DNA from: an uncultured Bacilli bacterium
GTDB lineage: Bacteria > Bacillota_I > Bacilli_A > RF39 > UBA660
NCBI GenBank assembly: GCA_944332005.1
Contig: CALVJD010000002.1
Span: 3,836 to 67,835 of the forward strand
Reading direction: 5' to 3'
DNA: 64,000 nucleotides
The notes below the pieces were generated by a model that saw only the letters and a program-made list of their open reading frames with translations, did no database searches and was not told the origin of the DNA. A program made the position numbers and the translations under genes. How positions within the stretch are numbered: position 1 is the stretch's first letter; each line of letters begins with the position of its first letter. Positions 10,118-20,060 of this stretch are shown piece after piece.

Positions 10118-11302
10118 ATGAAAATAAAAGTAGGAGTGATTTTTGGTGGGCCAACAGTCGAACATGAAGTAAGTATTATCTCAGCTGTACAAGCTATGAA
10201 TCATTTAGATAAAGAAAAATATGATATTATACCAATTTATATTACAAAGGATAGACAATGGTATACTGGAAAAATGCTTATGGATATCGAGGTTTATAAG
10301 GATCTTGAATTAGTGAAACGTTATGCAAAAAAGGTGACTTTTTATAATAAAAATGGAGAATTTGTTTTACAGACGACTGGTTTATTTAAACGCGTATTAG
10401 ATACGATCGATGTTGCATTTCCCATCGTTCATGGTAATAATGCCGAAGATGGAACTTTGGCTGGATATTTGAAAACAATTGGAGTTCCTACGGTTGGAAG
10501 TGATGTTTTAGGGTCTGCATTAGGACAAGATAAAATCGTAATGAAACAAGTATTTGAGGCTACTGGACTTCCTGTTGTCGATTATACATGGTTTTATGAT
10601 TGTGAATATTTAGCACATAAAGATGAAATCTTTCGTGATGTTAAAAAGATGGGATATCCAGTTATCGTAAAACCAGCTTCTTTAGGAAGTAGTGTAGGTA
10701 TCGAATTTGTAAAAGATGAATTGGATTTAGATAAAGCAGTACGCGAAGCTATTCGTTATGATGAAAAAGTGATTATTGAAAAAGCAGTCGATCATTTAGT
10801 CGAAGTAAATTGTAGTGTACTTGGTAATTACGAATATCAACAAACGGGAGCAATCGAAGAAGTAATGGGGAGCGAAGAGTTCTTGACTTACCGAGATAAA
10901 TACTTAGGAGGCAGTAAAGGCGGTAAAAGCAAAGGAATGGCTTCTACTAATCGTATTGTTCCGGCTCGCATCAGTAATGAGTTGACAGAAAAAGTACAAG
11001 AATTAGCGAAGTTAGCTTTCAAGGCTCTCAATTTAAGTGGTGTTTGCCGTATTGATTTCTTGATTGATAAAAAGAATGAAAAAGTCTATATCAATGAGCC
11101 AAATACTATTCCAGGAAGTTTATCTTTCTATTTATGGGAACCAGTTGGAAAACCATATCGAGAATTGTTGGATGATATGATCTCTTTAGCAATTAAAGAA
11201 TATAAAAATCGAAATAAAAAAGTGATTTCTTTCGAAACAAATATCCTTAGTAATTTTAGCGGAACGAAAGGAATAAAAGGTGTGAAAGGCAAATTAAAAT
11301 AA
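10118..11302 (+). CDS. ddl: D-alanine--D-alanine ligase
   Basis: 394 aa with an ATP-grasp fold and the typical Ddl N- and C-terminal motifs. Confidence 0.9.
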   Translation: MKIKVGVIFGGPTVEHEVSIISAVQAMNHLDKEKYDIIPIYITKDRQWYTGKMLMDIEVYKDLELVKRYAKKVTFYNKNGEFVLQTTGLFKRVLDTIDVAFPIVHGNNAEDGTLAGYLKTIGVPTVGSDVLGSALGQDKIVMKQVFEATGLPVVDYTWFYDCEYLAHKDEIFRDVKKMGYPVIVKPASLGSSVGIEFVKDELDLDKAVREAIRYDEKVIIEKAVDHLVEVNCSVLGNYEYQQTGAIEEVMGSEEFLTYRDKYLGGSKGGKSKGMASTNRIVPARISNELTEKVQELAKLAFKALNLSGVCRIDFLIDKKNEKVYINEPNTIPGSLSFYLWEPVGKPYRELLDDMISLAIKEYKNRNKKVISFETNILSNFSGTKGIKGVKGKLK

Positions 11303-11322
11303 CAGAGTTCTGTTATTTTTTT
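11301..11322 (+). terminator. rho-independent terminator
   Basis: aacaga..tctgtt followed by a T-run. Confidence 0.6.
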
Positions 11323-11344
11323 CTTAATCAAAAGGGAATCTTTT

Positions 11345-12820
11345 TTATAATTTTATATCGTAGACACTAGGACCTTCAATCACATTACCATCAATATCGA
11401 AACGGCTTCCATGACAAGGACAATCCCAAGTTTTATCCACTTCGTTGAAAATGAGACTACATTTTAAATGAGGACATAGATTTCGAACTTTGTGTTCTCT
11501 CCCATTCTCATCCGTATAAATGCCAATCTTTTTACCATCTTCATGTGTAATTTTTACATTGTTAGGATAGTATGGTTTGTTGGTATGAAATTTTGTTTTT
11601 AAAATTGATTTACTTGTTTGATAAACATCTAGAAAAAAGCTCGTGATTTTCTTTTTATTGAATGATCGATTAGGGTCAAATATTTTTTCGTATTCATTTT
11701 CTTTCCCTAATAGAATATCACTTAATATTTTGCCAGCAATGATACCGTTTGTCATTCCCCATTTATTGAATCCGGTAGCTATCAATAAATGATCATTCTT
11801 TTTTTCCATTCTTCCAATAAAAGGAAGTCCATCATTGGTCATAACATCGTGAGTAGACCATTGATAAAGAGGCGTCACTTGTAAATAATCTTCCATTTGT
11901 TTTTTTAGTTTTTCGTATTCTTTCTTAGCATCCATTGCTTGATCTGTTTTATGACTTTCGCCAGCATAGATAATATAAGCGTTTTTATCTTGATGATAGC
12001 GAATTGATTCAGTTGGACTTCCTTCTGTAATGGCACTAAAATTATGTACGTTATCGATGGAAGCAGCCCCTACATAATCTTTTTCGATGTGTGTACGTAG
12101 AGGAATCCAACCAGGATCTAGAAAGAAAGGATAGTGTGTTGTCACAACGACTTTAGTTGCCACAATATCACCTCGGTTCGTATGCACAATATAATGTTTA
12201 TCGTGTTTTTCTAATGTTAGTGCGCGAACATTTTCATAAACATCGATGCCCTTTTTTTCAATGATTGTTAATAATCCTCTTATATATTTAACGGGATGAA
12301 AAATAGCTGTATCATCCACGCGAATACCATATTTAATTGAGTAGGGAATAGGTAGACTGTCCACAACTTGATATGGTAATTTGATTTTATCGAAAAAATC
12401 TTGTTCTTTTTGAAAGGCTTTGATTTTCTTTTCGTCGTTGGTAAACGTGTAAGAAGAGACAATTTCGAAGTTACAGTCAATGTTATTTCGAATCGTATTT
12501 TTACGAGCAATTTGAATGGCTTCTTTTTGGCTTTCTAAATACTTCAAGGCCGTATAAAAATCAAATGTTTGGGTTAATTTATGGTAGGGAAGTTCCTGTA
12601 GATAGGTTAGCTTTCCCGTCGAATTGGAAGAGACACCAAAACCAATGATATCGCTGTCAATAACGGTTACCTTTTGTTTACTATCTTTTAAATGATAAGC
12701 AGTTTCAATGCCTGCTATTCCACCACCAATAATTAAAATATCTGTTTGATAAGGAGTATGGATTACTTTTTTATTTTTTTCTACTTTGATTCCTGCTTGC
12801 CATAATGTTTCTTTTTTCAT
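11345..12820 (-). CDS. FAD-dependent oxidoreductase fused to a C-terminal Rieske [2Fe-2S] domain
   Basis: N-terminal GGGIAG dinucleotide-binding motif. C-terminal CPHLKC...CPCHGSRF Rieske motif. Confidence 0.8.
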   Translation of the reverse strand: MKKETLWQAGIKVEKNKKVIHTPYQTDILIIGGGIAGIETAYHLKDSKQKVTVIDSDIIGFGVSSNSTGKLTYLQELPYHKLTQTFDFYTALKYLESQKEAIQIARKNTIRNNIDCNFEIVSSYTFTNDEKKIKAFQKEQDFFDKIKLPYQVVDSLPIPYSIKYGIRVDDTAIFHPVKYIRGLLTIIEKKGIDVYENVRALTLEKHDKHYIVHTNRGDIVATKVVVTTHYPFFLDPGWIPLRTHIEKDYVGAASIDNVHNFSAITEGSPTESIRYHQDKNAYIIYAGESHKTDQAMDAKKEYEKLKKQMEDYLQVTPLYQWSTHDVMTNDGLPFIGRMEKKNDHLLIATGFNKWGMTNGIIAGKILSDILLGKENEYEKIFDPNRSFNKKKITSFFLDVYQTSKSILKTKFHTNKPYYPNNVKITHEDGKKIGIYTDENGREHKVRNLCPHLKCSLIFNEVDKTWDCPCHGSRFDIDGNVIEGPSVYDIKL

Positions 12821-12869
12821 ATTGTCACCTATTATATTATGAAAAAGAATATTGCTTTTTATTCAAATT

Positions 12870-12902
12870 TATGTAAAAATAAAAACTACACAGATGTGTA
12901 GC
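12870..12902 (-). terminator. rho-independent terminator of the minus-strand tRNA-Val/Lys transcript
   Basis: ctacacatctgtgtag hairpin plus a T-run on the minus strand. Confidence 0.6.
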
Positions 12903-12915
12903 TTGAATCATCAAA

Positions 12916-12992
12916 TGGTGTCCCCTTGCGGGCTCGAACCGCAGACCCACTGATTAAGAGTCAGTTGCTCTACCAACTGAGCTAAGGAGACA
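12916..12992 (-). tRNA. tRNA-Lys(CTT)
   Basis: Manual cloverleaf: acceptor tgtctcc, anticodon loop ctCTTaa, T-arm ggttcgagcc, encoded CCA. Confidence 0.8.
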
Positions 12993-12997
12993 AAGCA

Positions 12998-13075
12998 TGG
13001 TGGGCGATATAGGACTCGAACCTATGACCCCCTGCTTGTAAGGCAGGTGCTCTAACCAACTGAGCTAATCGCCCG
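12998..13075 (-). tRNA. tRNA-Val(TAC)
   Basis: Manual cloverleaf: anticodon stem cctgc/gcagg, loop ctTACaa, encoded CCA. Confidence 0.8.
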
Positions 13076-13309
13076 TTACGTATTACATTTTACCTTATTT
13101 TATATAAAAACGCAATCCTTTTTTCCAAATTTATGGGAATTTAATAGAAGAGATCGTTTTTTTGAATCTCATGAAATAAATAGCAAATAAGAATGATAAA
13201 GAATAAATTTTCGAAATGAGAATAAACTATAGTAGACTAGGAATATTCGATTAAAAACAAGAAAATAAGTTAGAAATGGGAAAAAATAAAAAAATTATGG
13301 GAAAAACTC

Positions 13310-13338
13310 TTGTCAAAGTATGAAAAATCGTGTATACT
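13310..13338 (+). promoter_or_regulatory. strong sigma-A promoter (TTGTCA, 17 bp spacer, TGtATACT) for the plus-strand tRNA operon
   Basis: Read directly from the sequence, about 22 nt upstream of tRNA-Ile. Confidence 0.6.
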
Positions 13339-13359
13339 GAAATAGTCTTATGGAAAAGT

Positions 13360-13436
<77 letters not shown>

Positions 13437-13442
13437 TTTATT

Positions 13443-13519
13443 GCCTCAATAGCTCAGTTGGTTAGAGCACTTGACTGTTAATCAAGGGGTCGCTGGTTCG
13501 AGTCCAGCTTGGGGCGCCA
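13443..13519 (+). tRNA. tRNA-Asn(GTT)
   Basis: Anticodon loop ctGTTaa; CCA encoded. Confidence 0.85.
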
Positions 13520-13525
13520 TTTAAT

Positions 13526-13602
13526 GGCCCGTTGGTGAAGTGGTTCAACACACATGCCTTTCACGCATGCATTCATGGGTTCAAATCCCGTACGGGTCAC
13601 CA
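13526..13602 (+). tRNA. tRNA-Glu(TTC)
   Basis: Acceptor ggcccgt; anticodon loop ctTTCac; CCA encoded. Confidence 0.85.
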
Positions 13603-13652
13603 TTTAGAAATTACTTGCTTATGCAAGTTTTTTTGTTGTATAATAAGTTTAT

Positions 13653-13737
13653 GCAGGAATGGTGGAATTGGTAGACACGCAAGATTCAGGTTCTTGTGAA
13701 GAGATTCATGTGGGTTCGAGTCCCATTTCCTGCACCA
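13653..13737 (+). tRNA. tRNA-Leu(CAG)
   Basis: Long variable arm; anticodon stem caaga/tcttg with loop ttCAGgt; CCA encoded. Confidence 0.8.
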
Positions 13738-13875
13738 TAAGAGTTTAATCGGAACCTTTAGAGGTTTTTAGATCATTTATCGTAGAACTTTAAAGTCTTT
13801 TTCTGTTATTCTGATTGACAAACGAATCATTATAAGGTAAAATGTTAAATGTCCATGATGATGTATATATTGTTA

Positions 13876-13967
13876 TTAGAAATCTGGAGACGTACTCAAG
13901 AGGCTGAAGAGGCGCCCCTGCTAAGGGTGTAGATCGGGGTAACCGGTGCGAGGGTTCAAATCCCTCC
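13876..13967 (+). tRNA. tRNA-Ser(GCT)
   Basis: Long variable arm; anticodon loop ctGCTaa; CCA encoded. A TTGACA..TATAAG promoter lies upstream. Confidence 0.8.
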
Positions 13968-14061
13968 GTCTCCGCCATTTTAGTAGTTAAAGTTTTACTT
14001 TTAGTAAAGCTTTTTTATTTTAAATTTTGTTATAACGCATTTCGCATTGGAGGTTGGTTGT

Positions 14062-14670
14062 ATGAAAAAGTGGCTGCTTATTTTGATGAGTGTGATGTTA
14101 ATGTTTGGTGTTGTGGGGTGTGATACTAAAAAGGAAGAATTTGATGAGCCTATCGAAACGGACGCAGTGAAGTTTAAAACAGAATATGAAAGTTATAATC
14201 ATTACCAAAATAGTGAGGGAAATTCGATTGTTCTTTCAATTCCGGAAGATAATCCTATGATTTTTGCATCTAGTACTGATGTATTTCATATTTTAGAAGG
14301 TGGTACCGGTATTATTTATTTTGGTTTTCCTACTTGTCCTTGGTGTCGTAATATTATTCCTGTTTTAATTGAAGTTGCACAAGAACAAAATATCGATAAA
14401 GTTTATTATTTTGATGTTTCTAGTATTGGCCGTGATGATTCTAGTGATTATGATCGTCTGAAAGAGTATTTAAACGATTATTTAGAATCAAATAATAGCG
14501 GTGAAAAGACACTTTATGTTCCAGATGTATATTTTATCAAAGAAGGAGAGATCGTGGGACATCATTTGGGAAGTGTCAATTCACAAAGTGATCCTTATAC
14601 GGCACTTACGGAATCGCAACATAATGAATTAAAGATGATTTATCAGAATTTAATTAAAAATATGCAATAA
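14062..14670 (+). CDS. thioredoxin-fold lipoprotein
   Basis: Lipobox VVGC and a TCPWC redox motif. ATG at 14062 follows the RBS ggagg. Confidence 0.7.
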   Translation: MKKWLLILMSVMLMFGVVGCDTKKEEFDEPIETDAVKFKTEYESYNHYQNSEGNSIVLSIPEDNPMIFASSTDVFHILEGGTGIIYFGFPTCPWCRNIIPVLIEVAQEQNIDKVYYFDVSSIGRDDSSDYDRLKEYLNDYLESNNSGEKTLYVPDVYFIKEGEIVGHHLGSVNSQSDPYTALTESQHNELKMIYQNLIKNMQ

Positions 14671-14884
14671 AAAGGATGAATCAATTTTTTCGGAGATAAA
14701 AATATAAATTGAAATAAGACATGATAGAGAAAAAAATGTTTTGTGTGATTAATGATGGGGAGATAATCATTACTTGCTTCCTATTTGGGAACTTGCTATA
14801 ATAAAAATACTGAGTATAGTTAGATAAAAAATGAGAAAAAGGTAATGAAGTTAATACTTTTGAAATTTCAAGAGGAGTGAAGTT

Positions 14885-15238
14885 ATGAATCATAAAAGCT
14901 ATTTGAAACATGAATATTTTATGACAGTGAAGAATGGAAAAAAGACAGTTGATGTTCGTCTTTGCGATGCTGCTTGCTCATCTTATCAAGTGGATGATAC
15001 GATCAAATTTATCGATATCGATACCGAAGAGTCCTTGATTGTACGTATTAAAAGCCTTTCATATTATTTTAATATCGATGATTTGGTAAATGATTATCCG
15101 GTTGATTTATTAGGATTTTCTGGTAAAAGTAAAGAAGAAGTGAAAGCAATCTATGATGCAATTTATTCGAAAGAAGAGCAAGAAACATATCATGTGATGG
15201 CAATTGGATTCGAGGTTTCTCATGTTGGTAAAAATTAA
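14885..15238 (+). CDS. ASCH (PUA-like) domain protein
   Basis: 117 aa with an ASCH-like pattern of basic and aromatic residues. Confidence 0.5.
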   Translation: MNHKSYLKHEYFMTVKNGKKTVDVRLCDAACSSYQVDDTIKFIDIDTEESLIVRIKSLSYYFNIDDLVNDYPVDLLGFSGKSKEEVKAIYDAIYSKEEQETYHVMAIGFEVSHVGKN

Positions 15239-15863
15239 AAATTTTTGTTATCGAAATCGTAAATTGCTTCTTTTCTTTATTGGTGTCATCATTTTTTTGA
15301 TGGTTACAGAGAATTTGCTAGAACAGGAATTAGATGCGTTTGACGAGACGATCTATCAAATGGTTATGACAGTAAAGACACCTTTTGTGACATCTTTTTT
15401 TAAGGTGATTACGAATTTTGGAAATGCTTTTTGGCTAATCGCGATTGTTCTTCTCCTTTATCTTTTTTATCCGAAACGACCCTATAGTATTTGGATGCTT
15501 TCTAATTTGATTATGATTACGTTGCTTAATTTGGGATTAAAAAGTATTTTTATGCGCCCTCGTCCAGAGGGGATTCGCATGATAGAAGAGTCTGGCTATA
15601 GTTTTCCTTCAGGGCATTCCATGATTAGTATGGCATGCTATGGCTTACTTGCTTATCTGGCGTTTAAAAAAATAAAACGTCCAACTCTTCGTTTCTTTAG
15701 TTGTAGCCTATGTTTTCTTTTGATCTTATTGGTAGGAGTTAGTCGTATTTATTTAGGTGTTCATTATGCGTCGGATGTTTTGGCTGGTTTTGCTTTTTCG
15801 ATTTCTTATTTGATGGTTTTTATTATGGGAGTAGTAAAACCAAGTCTAGAATTTACAGAGTGA
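15222..15863 (+). CDS. PAP2-family phosphatase (undecaprenyl-diphosphatase-like)
   Basis: Motifs KxxxxRPRP, PSGHS and SRIYLGVHYASD. The start at 15222 follows gaggt and overlaps the upstream gene's end. Confidence 0.8.
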   Translation: MLVKIKNFCYRNRKLLLFFIGVIIFLMVTENLLEQELDAFDETIYQMVMTVKTPFVTSFFKVITNFGNAFWLIAIVLLLYLFYPKRPYSIWMLSNLIMITLLNLGLKSIFMRPRPEGIRMIEESGYSFPSGHSMISMACYGLLAYLAFKKIKRPTLRFFSCSLCFLLILLVGVSRIYLGVHYASDVLAGFAFSISYLMVFIMGVVKPSLEFTE

Positions 15864-15927
15864 CAAAACTGTAAGTTTTTTTAAGGATTTATCATGTTAT
15901 AATAGGAATGTTGTTAGGAGTGATTGT

Positions 15928-17067
15928 ATGAGTCAGTATTTAATACCTATTCAAGTTGCTTTTCTTGTATTTCCTTTTTTAGCGGCTCTTTTTACTATAC
16001 CTTATATTTTATATCAATATCATAAATATGGTTCTGTTCCAGTGCTTAGGAGTTTGATTGTTTACTCGTTTATTCTGTATTTAACGAATATCTATTTTTT
16101 AGTCATTTTACCACTTCCGTCCTTTGAATATGTGAATCAATTGAATACGCCAAGAACACAACTTGTCCCATTTCAATTTGTCATAGATTTTATTCACAAC
16201 GTCAAGGTGAGTGGGGATCCTCGCACATGGCTTCATGCTTTCGCATCACCTGAGTTCTATCAAGTCGCCTATAATATTGTCATGATGGTTCCATTTGGTG
16301 TTTATTTACGATATTATTTTAAATGTGGATGGTTTAAAACAATTTTACTTTCATTTTTACTAAGTTTCTTTTTTGAACTAACACAATTAACTGGTTTATA
16401 TGGTATTTATTCTAGAGGATATCGTCTATTTGATGTCGATGACTTGATGTTGAATACCTTGGGTGGTATATTGGGATTTGCTATTACACCTATTTTTTGG
16501 AAATTCTTACCGAGTCGAGATCGATTAGATGAAATGGCTTATCAGAAGAGTGCTAAAATTTCCTTTTTACGAAGATTTGTCGCTTATTCTATCGATTGGT
16601 TTTTTATGGGAATCCTTCTTTCGTTTATGAATTTTTTCTTTGGATATTTTAATATAAATGATTGGAATTTCGTTTATATTTTATCTATTTTGCTTTATTT
16701 TGTTTTGTTACCATGTTGTTATAAGGGTCAGACCTTAGGAAAACGATTTGTCAATATTAAAATTGAATCGTTAGATGGAAAAAAGCCTAAATGGTATCAA
16801 TACTTGTTACGTTATGGTATTTTATATTTCTTTTTGTTTTTCATACCACATATTATTTTGCAACTACTAGAAACCTTGTCGTTTTTATCATCACCGATCG
16901 TCGTTGTTATGATTGTAATTATCCTCTTTTTAATCATTTTATTTCTTTCGTTTCTATGGGGAATTATACGTATTTTCTTTGGTAGTGATCATTTACTTTT
17001 CTATGAAAAAATTAGTAACACACAAAACCAAAATACGATTCAAGTAAGTAAAGAAGAAACATCATGA
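15928..17067 (+). CDS. VanZ-family domain fused to an RDD-family membrane domain
   Basis: N-terminal VanZ-like helices. C-terminal RDD-like region YSIDWFFMG...GQTLGKRFVNIKI. Confidence 0.65.
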   Translation: MSQYLIPIQVAFLVFPFLAALFTIPYILYQYHKYGSVPVLRSLIVYSFILYLTNIYFLVILPLPSFEYVNQLNTPRTQLVPFQFVIDFIHNVKVSGDPRTWLHAFASPEFYQVAYNIVMMVPFGVYLRYYFKCGWFKTILLSFLLSFFFELTQLTGLYGIYSRGYRLFDVDDLMLNTLGGILGFAITPIFWKFLPSRDRLDEMAYQKSAKISFLRRFVAYSIDWFFMGILLSFMNFFFGYFNINDWNFVYILSILLYFVLLPCCYKGQTLGKRFVNIKIESLDGKKPKWYQYLLRYGILYFFLFFIPHIILQLLETLSFLSSPIVVVMIVIILFLIILFLSFLWGIIRIFFGSDHLLFYEKISNTQNQNTIQVSKEETS

Positions 17068-17159
17068 TTTTCTATGTAAAACAAATTTGACAAACTTCTT
17101 AAAAGATTTGATAGAATGATATTTTGAAATTTAGTAGAATGAAGTGGAAAGGAGAAAAT

Positions 17160-17720
17160 ATGAAATTAGCAAATAAGTTATTAGAACTTCGTAAAAAGAA
17201 GGGAATTTCGCAGGAAGAATTAGCAGAGAAAATCGAAGTGACAAGACAGACAATCTCAAATTGGGAGACAGGTGAAACGAGTCCGAATCTAGAACAAGCA
17301 GCTAAATTATCGCAGTTTTATCAGGTTAGTTTAGATGAGTTAGTTGGTAATGATATTCAAAATATTGCTTTAGCAAAGATGAGTAATGTGGAAAAACTAG
17401 CTGGTATTATGATTACTATTTTAAAGGTTTTGGGAGTTCTTTTTCTACTGTATTTAATTCTTATGATCGTAGGGGGTATCCTCTTTATGGTAGTAAGAAA
17501 GAGTCCTCAAGAATCGATCGTTCAAAAGTCTGAGCTTACTTGTACCTTGCAGGAGAAGGATTATGTGATTACGATCCAATCAGATGGACTTTACAATTGC
17601 TCTAATTGCGATGCTGATCTGCACGATCGATTAGAATCATATGTAAACTTCGATGACATTGAAAATAGTATGAATCATATTCAAACAGAGTTTATCAGTT
17701 TAGGTGGAACATGTAAGTAA
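17160..17720 (+). CDS. membrane-tethered XRE-family HTH regulator with a Cys-containing extracytoplasmic C-terminal domain
   Basis: HTH_3 at the N-terminus, one TM helix, and a C-terminal domain with four Cys. The start at 17160 follows the RBS aaaggaga. Confidence 0.7.
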   Translation: MKLANKLLELRKKKGISQEELAEKIEVTRQTISNWETGETSPNLEQAAKLSQFYQVSLDELVGNDIQNIALAKMSNVEKLAGIMITILKVLGVLFLLYLILMIVGGILFMVVRKSPQESIVQKSELTCTLQEKDYVITIQSDGLYNCSNCDADLHDRLESYVNFDDIENSMNHIQTEFISLGGTCK

Positions 17721-17759
17721 GTATTCATGATTTATGAATGCTTTTTTTTGTAAAAATCC

Positions 17760-17790
17760 TTGACTTAGAGTCTACTCCATGGTGTAAGAT
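17760..17790 (+). promoter_or_regulatory. MerR-type promoter (TTGACT, 19 bp spacer with the dyad gagtctactc, TAAGAT)
   Basis: A 19 bp spacer is the hallmark of MerR-regulated promoters, and the dyad sits inside the spacer. Confidence 0.5.
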
Positions 17791-17807
17791 GAACATGAGG
17801 TGATTAG

Positions 17808-18197
17808 ATGACGATCAAAGAGGTGAGTGACAAGTATCAACTTTCTACCGATACATTACGGTATTATGAAAAGGTTGGTTTGATTGGTCCTATTTCCAAA
17901 AATAAAAGTGGAATTCGCGATTATAAAGAGGTGGATCTTAGAACGATCGCATTTGTCAAATGTATGAGGCAAGCAAATATGCCAATCGATAAATTGATTC
18001 GTTATATGAATTTATATAAAGAAGGAAATAAAACACTTGAAGATAGGAAACAACTATTAGTAGAACAATTGCATAAAGTTGAAAAAGAAATTCAAGAACT
18101 TGAAAAAGCGAAAGAAAGATTATGTTATAAAATTGATTTATATGATTATCAACTATTAGAGAAGAATTTAAGTATGGAAAAAGAAACGGTGTTATAG
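17808..18197 (+). CDS. MerR-family transcriptional regulator
   Basis: N-terminal HTH_MerR (YYEKVGLI) and a C-terminal coiled coil. Confidence 0.85.
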   Translation: MTIKEVSDKYQLSTDTLRYYEKVGLIGPISKNKSGIRDYKEVDLRTIAFVKCMRQANMPIDKLIRYMNLYKEGNKTLEDRKQLLVEQLHKVEKEIQELEKAKERLCYKIDLYDYQLLEKNLSMEKETVL

Positions 18198-18297
18198 TTG
18201 ATTTGAGTGGAAAATAGAAAAGGTGGAAAGTCATTACAAATCGTTTTGAAATGGATAAACGAGTGGTAATACTTTTATAAAAAAGGAGGAAAATAAT

Positions 18298-19041
18298 ATG
18301 CAAAAACAAACAGCAGGAAGAGATCGTTTAGGTGAATTTGCTCCTAAATTTGCCGAGTTAAACGATGATGTATTATTTGGTAGTATTTGGTCGAGAGAAG
18401 ATAAATTATCTTTGCGCGATCGTTCTTTAGTAACGATATGTGTCTTTATGGGGAAAGGATTATTTGATGATTCTTTAAAGCATCATTTGATGAATGCTAA
18501 GATAAATGGAATTACCAAAGAAGAAATGGCAGAAATTATTACTCATGCGGCTTTTTATGCTGGATGGCCAAATGCATGGGCGGTATTTGATTTAGCTAAA
18601 GAAGTGTATGCGGATGATGATAGTTTAGCCGCTCATGGTGGAATATTTGGAATAGGAGAACCTAATGATCAATATGCTAAATATTTTAGTGGTAAATCTT
18701 ATTTAAAGCCACTTACAAAAAGCGGGTCTTCGGTGGTTTCATTAGCAAATGTTACGTTTGAACCAACATGTCGAAATAATTGGCATATTCATCGTGCCAC
18801 TAGTGGTGGGGGACAAATTTTAATCTGTGTCGAAGGAGAAGGTTGGTATCAGGAAGAAGGAAACGAAGCACAAAGCTTAAAACCGGGAGATATTGTCGTG
18901 ATACCTGCGAATGTAAAACACTGGCATGGTGCTAAGAAAGATTCTTGGTTTAGTCATATTGCCGTAGAAGTTCCAGGAGAAAATGCAGAAAATGTTTGGT
19001 TAGAACCTGTGACGGATGATGCATATAACAAATTAGATTAG
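18298..19041 (+). CDS. carboxymuconolactone decarboxylase-family domain fused to a cupin domain
   Basis: AhpD-like CMD fold at the N-terminus. C-terminal cupin with WHIH...H motifs. Confidence 0.65.
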   Translation: MQKQTAGRDRLGEFAPKFAELNDDVLFGSIWSREDKLSLRDRSLVTICVFMGKGLFDDSLKHHLMNAKINGITKEEMAEIITHAAFYAGWPNAWAVFDLAKEVYADDDSLAAHGGIFGIGEPNDQYAKYFSGKSYLKPLTKSGSSVVSLANVTFEPTCRNNWHIHRATSGGGQILICVEGEGWYQEEGNEAQSLKPGDIVVIPANVKHWHGAKKDSWFSHIAVEVPGENAENVWLEPVTDDAYNKLD

Positions 19042-19097
19042 TAGCTTGAATGAATTTGAAAAAATAGATATAATAAATAATGGAAGGATAGATAAAT

Positions 19098-19985
19098 ATG
19101 AAATCAAAAGTATACTTTACAAAAGAGATTACGCCTGAAAGCTTAATTAAAATCTATGAAGCTTTAGGAGTTGAACTGAAAGGGAAAGTCGGAGTTAAGG
19201 TGTCAACTGGTGAAAGAGGATCGAAAGGATATTTAAAACCTGAATTAATTGGTCCATTAGTAAAGAAATTAAACGGTACTATTATCGAATGTAATACTGC
19301 TTACGATGGGGCACGAAATACGGCAGAAGATCATTTGAAAGTAGCTGAAGAACACGGATTTACTTCTTATGCTGATGTCGATATTATGGATGCGAATGGA
19401 GAATTTAAAATTCCTGTTAAAAAGGGAAAACATTTGAAATATGACATCGTAGGTGAGAATTTAAAGAATTATGATTGTATGCTGAATCTAGCTCATGGAA
19501 AAGGTCATCAAATGGGAGGATTTGGAGCAAACTTAAAAAATCAATCGATTGGTGTTGCTTCTAGAAATGGAAAAGTTTATATTCATACGGCCGGTAAAAC
19601 CGATAATCCCGATTTATTATGGAATAATCTTCCAGAACAAATTGATTTTATCGAATCAATGGCAGAAGCGGCTACGGCTGTTGCTGATTATTTTAAAGAA
19701 CAAAATAAACCAATTTTATATATTACTGTCATGAATGCATTATCATTAGAATGTGATTGTGATGCACATCAAGGAGATCCTGTTATGGCTGATCTTGGAA
19801 TTGTTGCTTCATTAGATCCGGTTGCCAATGATCAAGCATTTATCGATATGATTTGGAATAGCACTGATCCAGGAGCTAAGAAGCTTCAAGAACGAATCGA
19901 TGGACAATTAGGAAGAGAAATTCTTCCATACGCAGAAAGTCTTGGATTAGGAACAAGAGATTATGAATTGATCGAACTTGATTAA
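19098..19985 (+). CDS. DUF362-family protein
   Basis: 295 aa with DUF362-like conserved blocks and a CDCDAH motif. Confidence 0.5.
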   Translation: MKSKVYFTKEITPESLIKIYEALGVELKGKVGVKVSTGERGSKGYLKPELIGPLVKKLNGTIIECNTAYDGARNTAEDHLKVAEEHGFTSYADVDIMDANGEFKIPVKKGKHLKYDIVGENLKNYDCMLNLAHGKGHQMGGFGANLKNQSIGVASRNGKVYIHTAGKTDNPDLLWNNLPEQIDFIESMAEAATAVADYFKEQNKPILYITVMNALSLECDCDAHQGDPVMADLGIVASLDPVANDQAFIDMIWNSTDPGAKKLQERIDGQLGREILPYAESLGLGTRDYELIELD

Positions 19986-20060
19986 GAGAAAGAGGTGAAA
20001 TACCTCTTTTTGTGATATAATAGAAAAGTATGAATGATGTGATAAGATGGGAAGTGAAGT

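Noticed and set aside
13790-13978. 62-aa minus-strand ORF (MAETEGFEPSHRLPRS...)
   Set aside because: It lies antisense over tRNA-Ser(GCT). This is the typical spurious ORF produced by a tRNA sequence.
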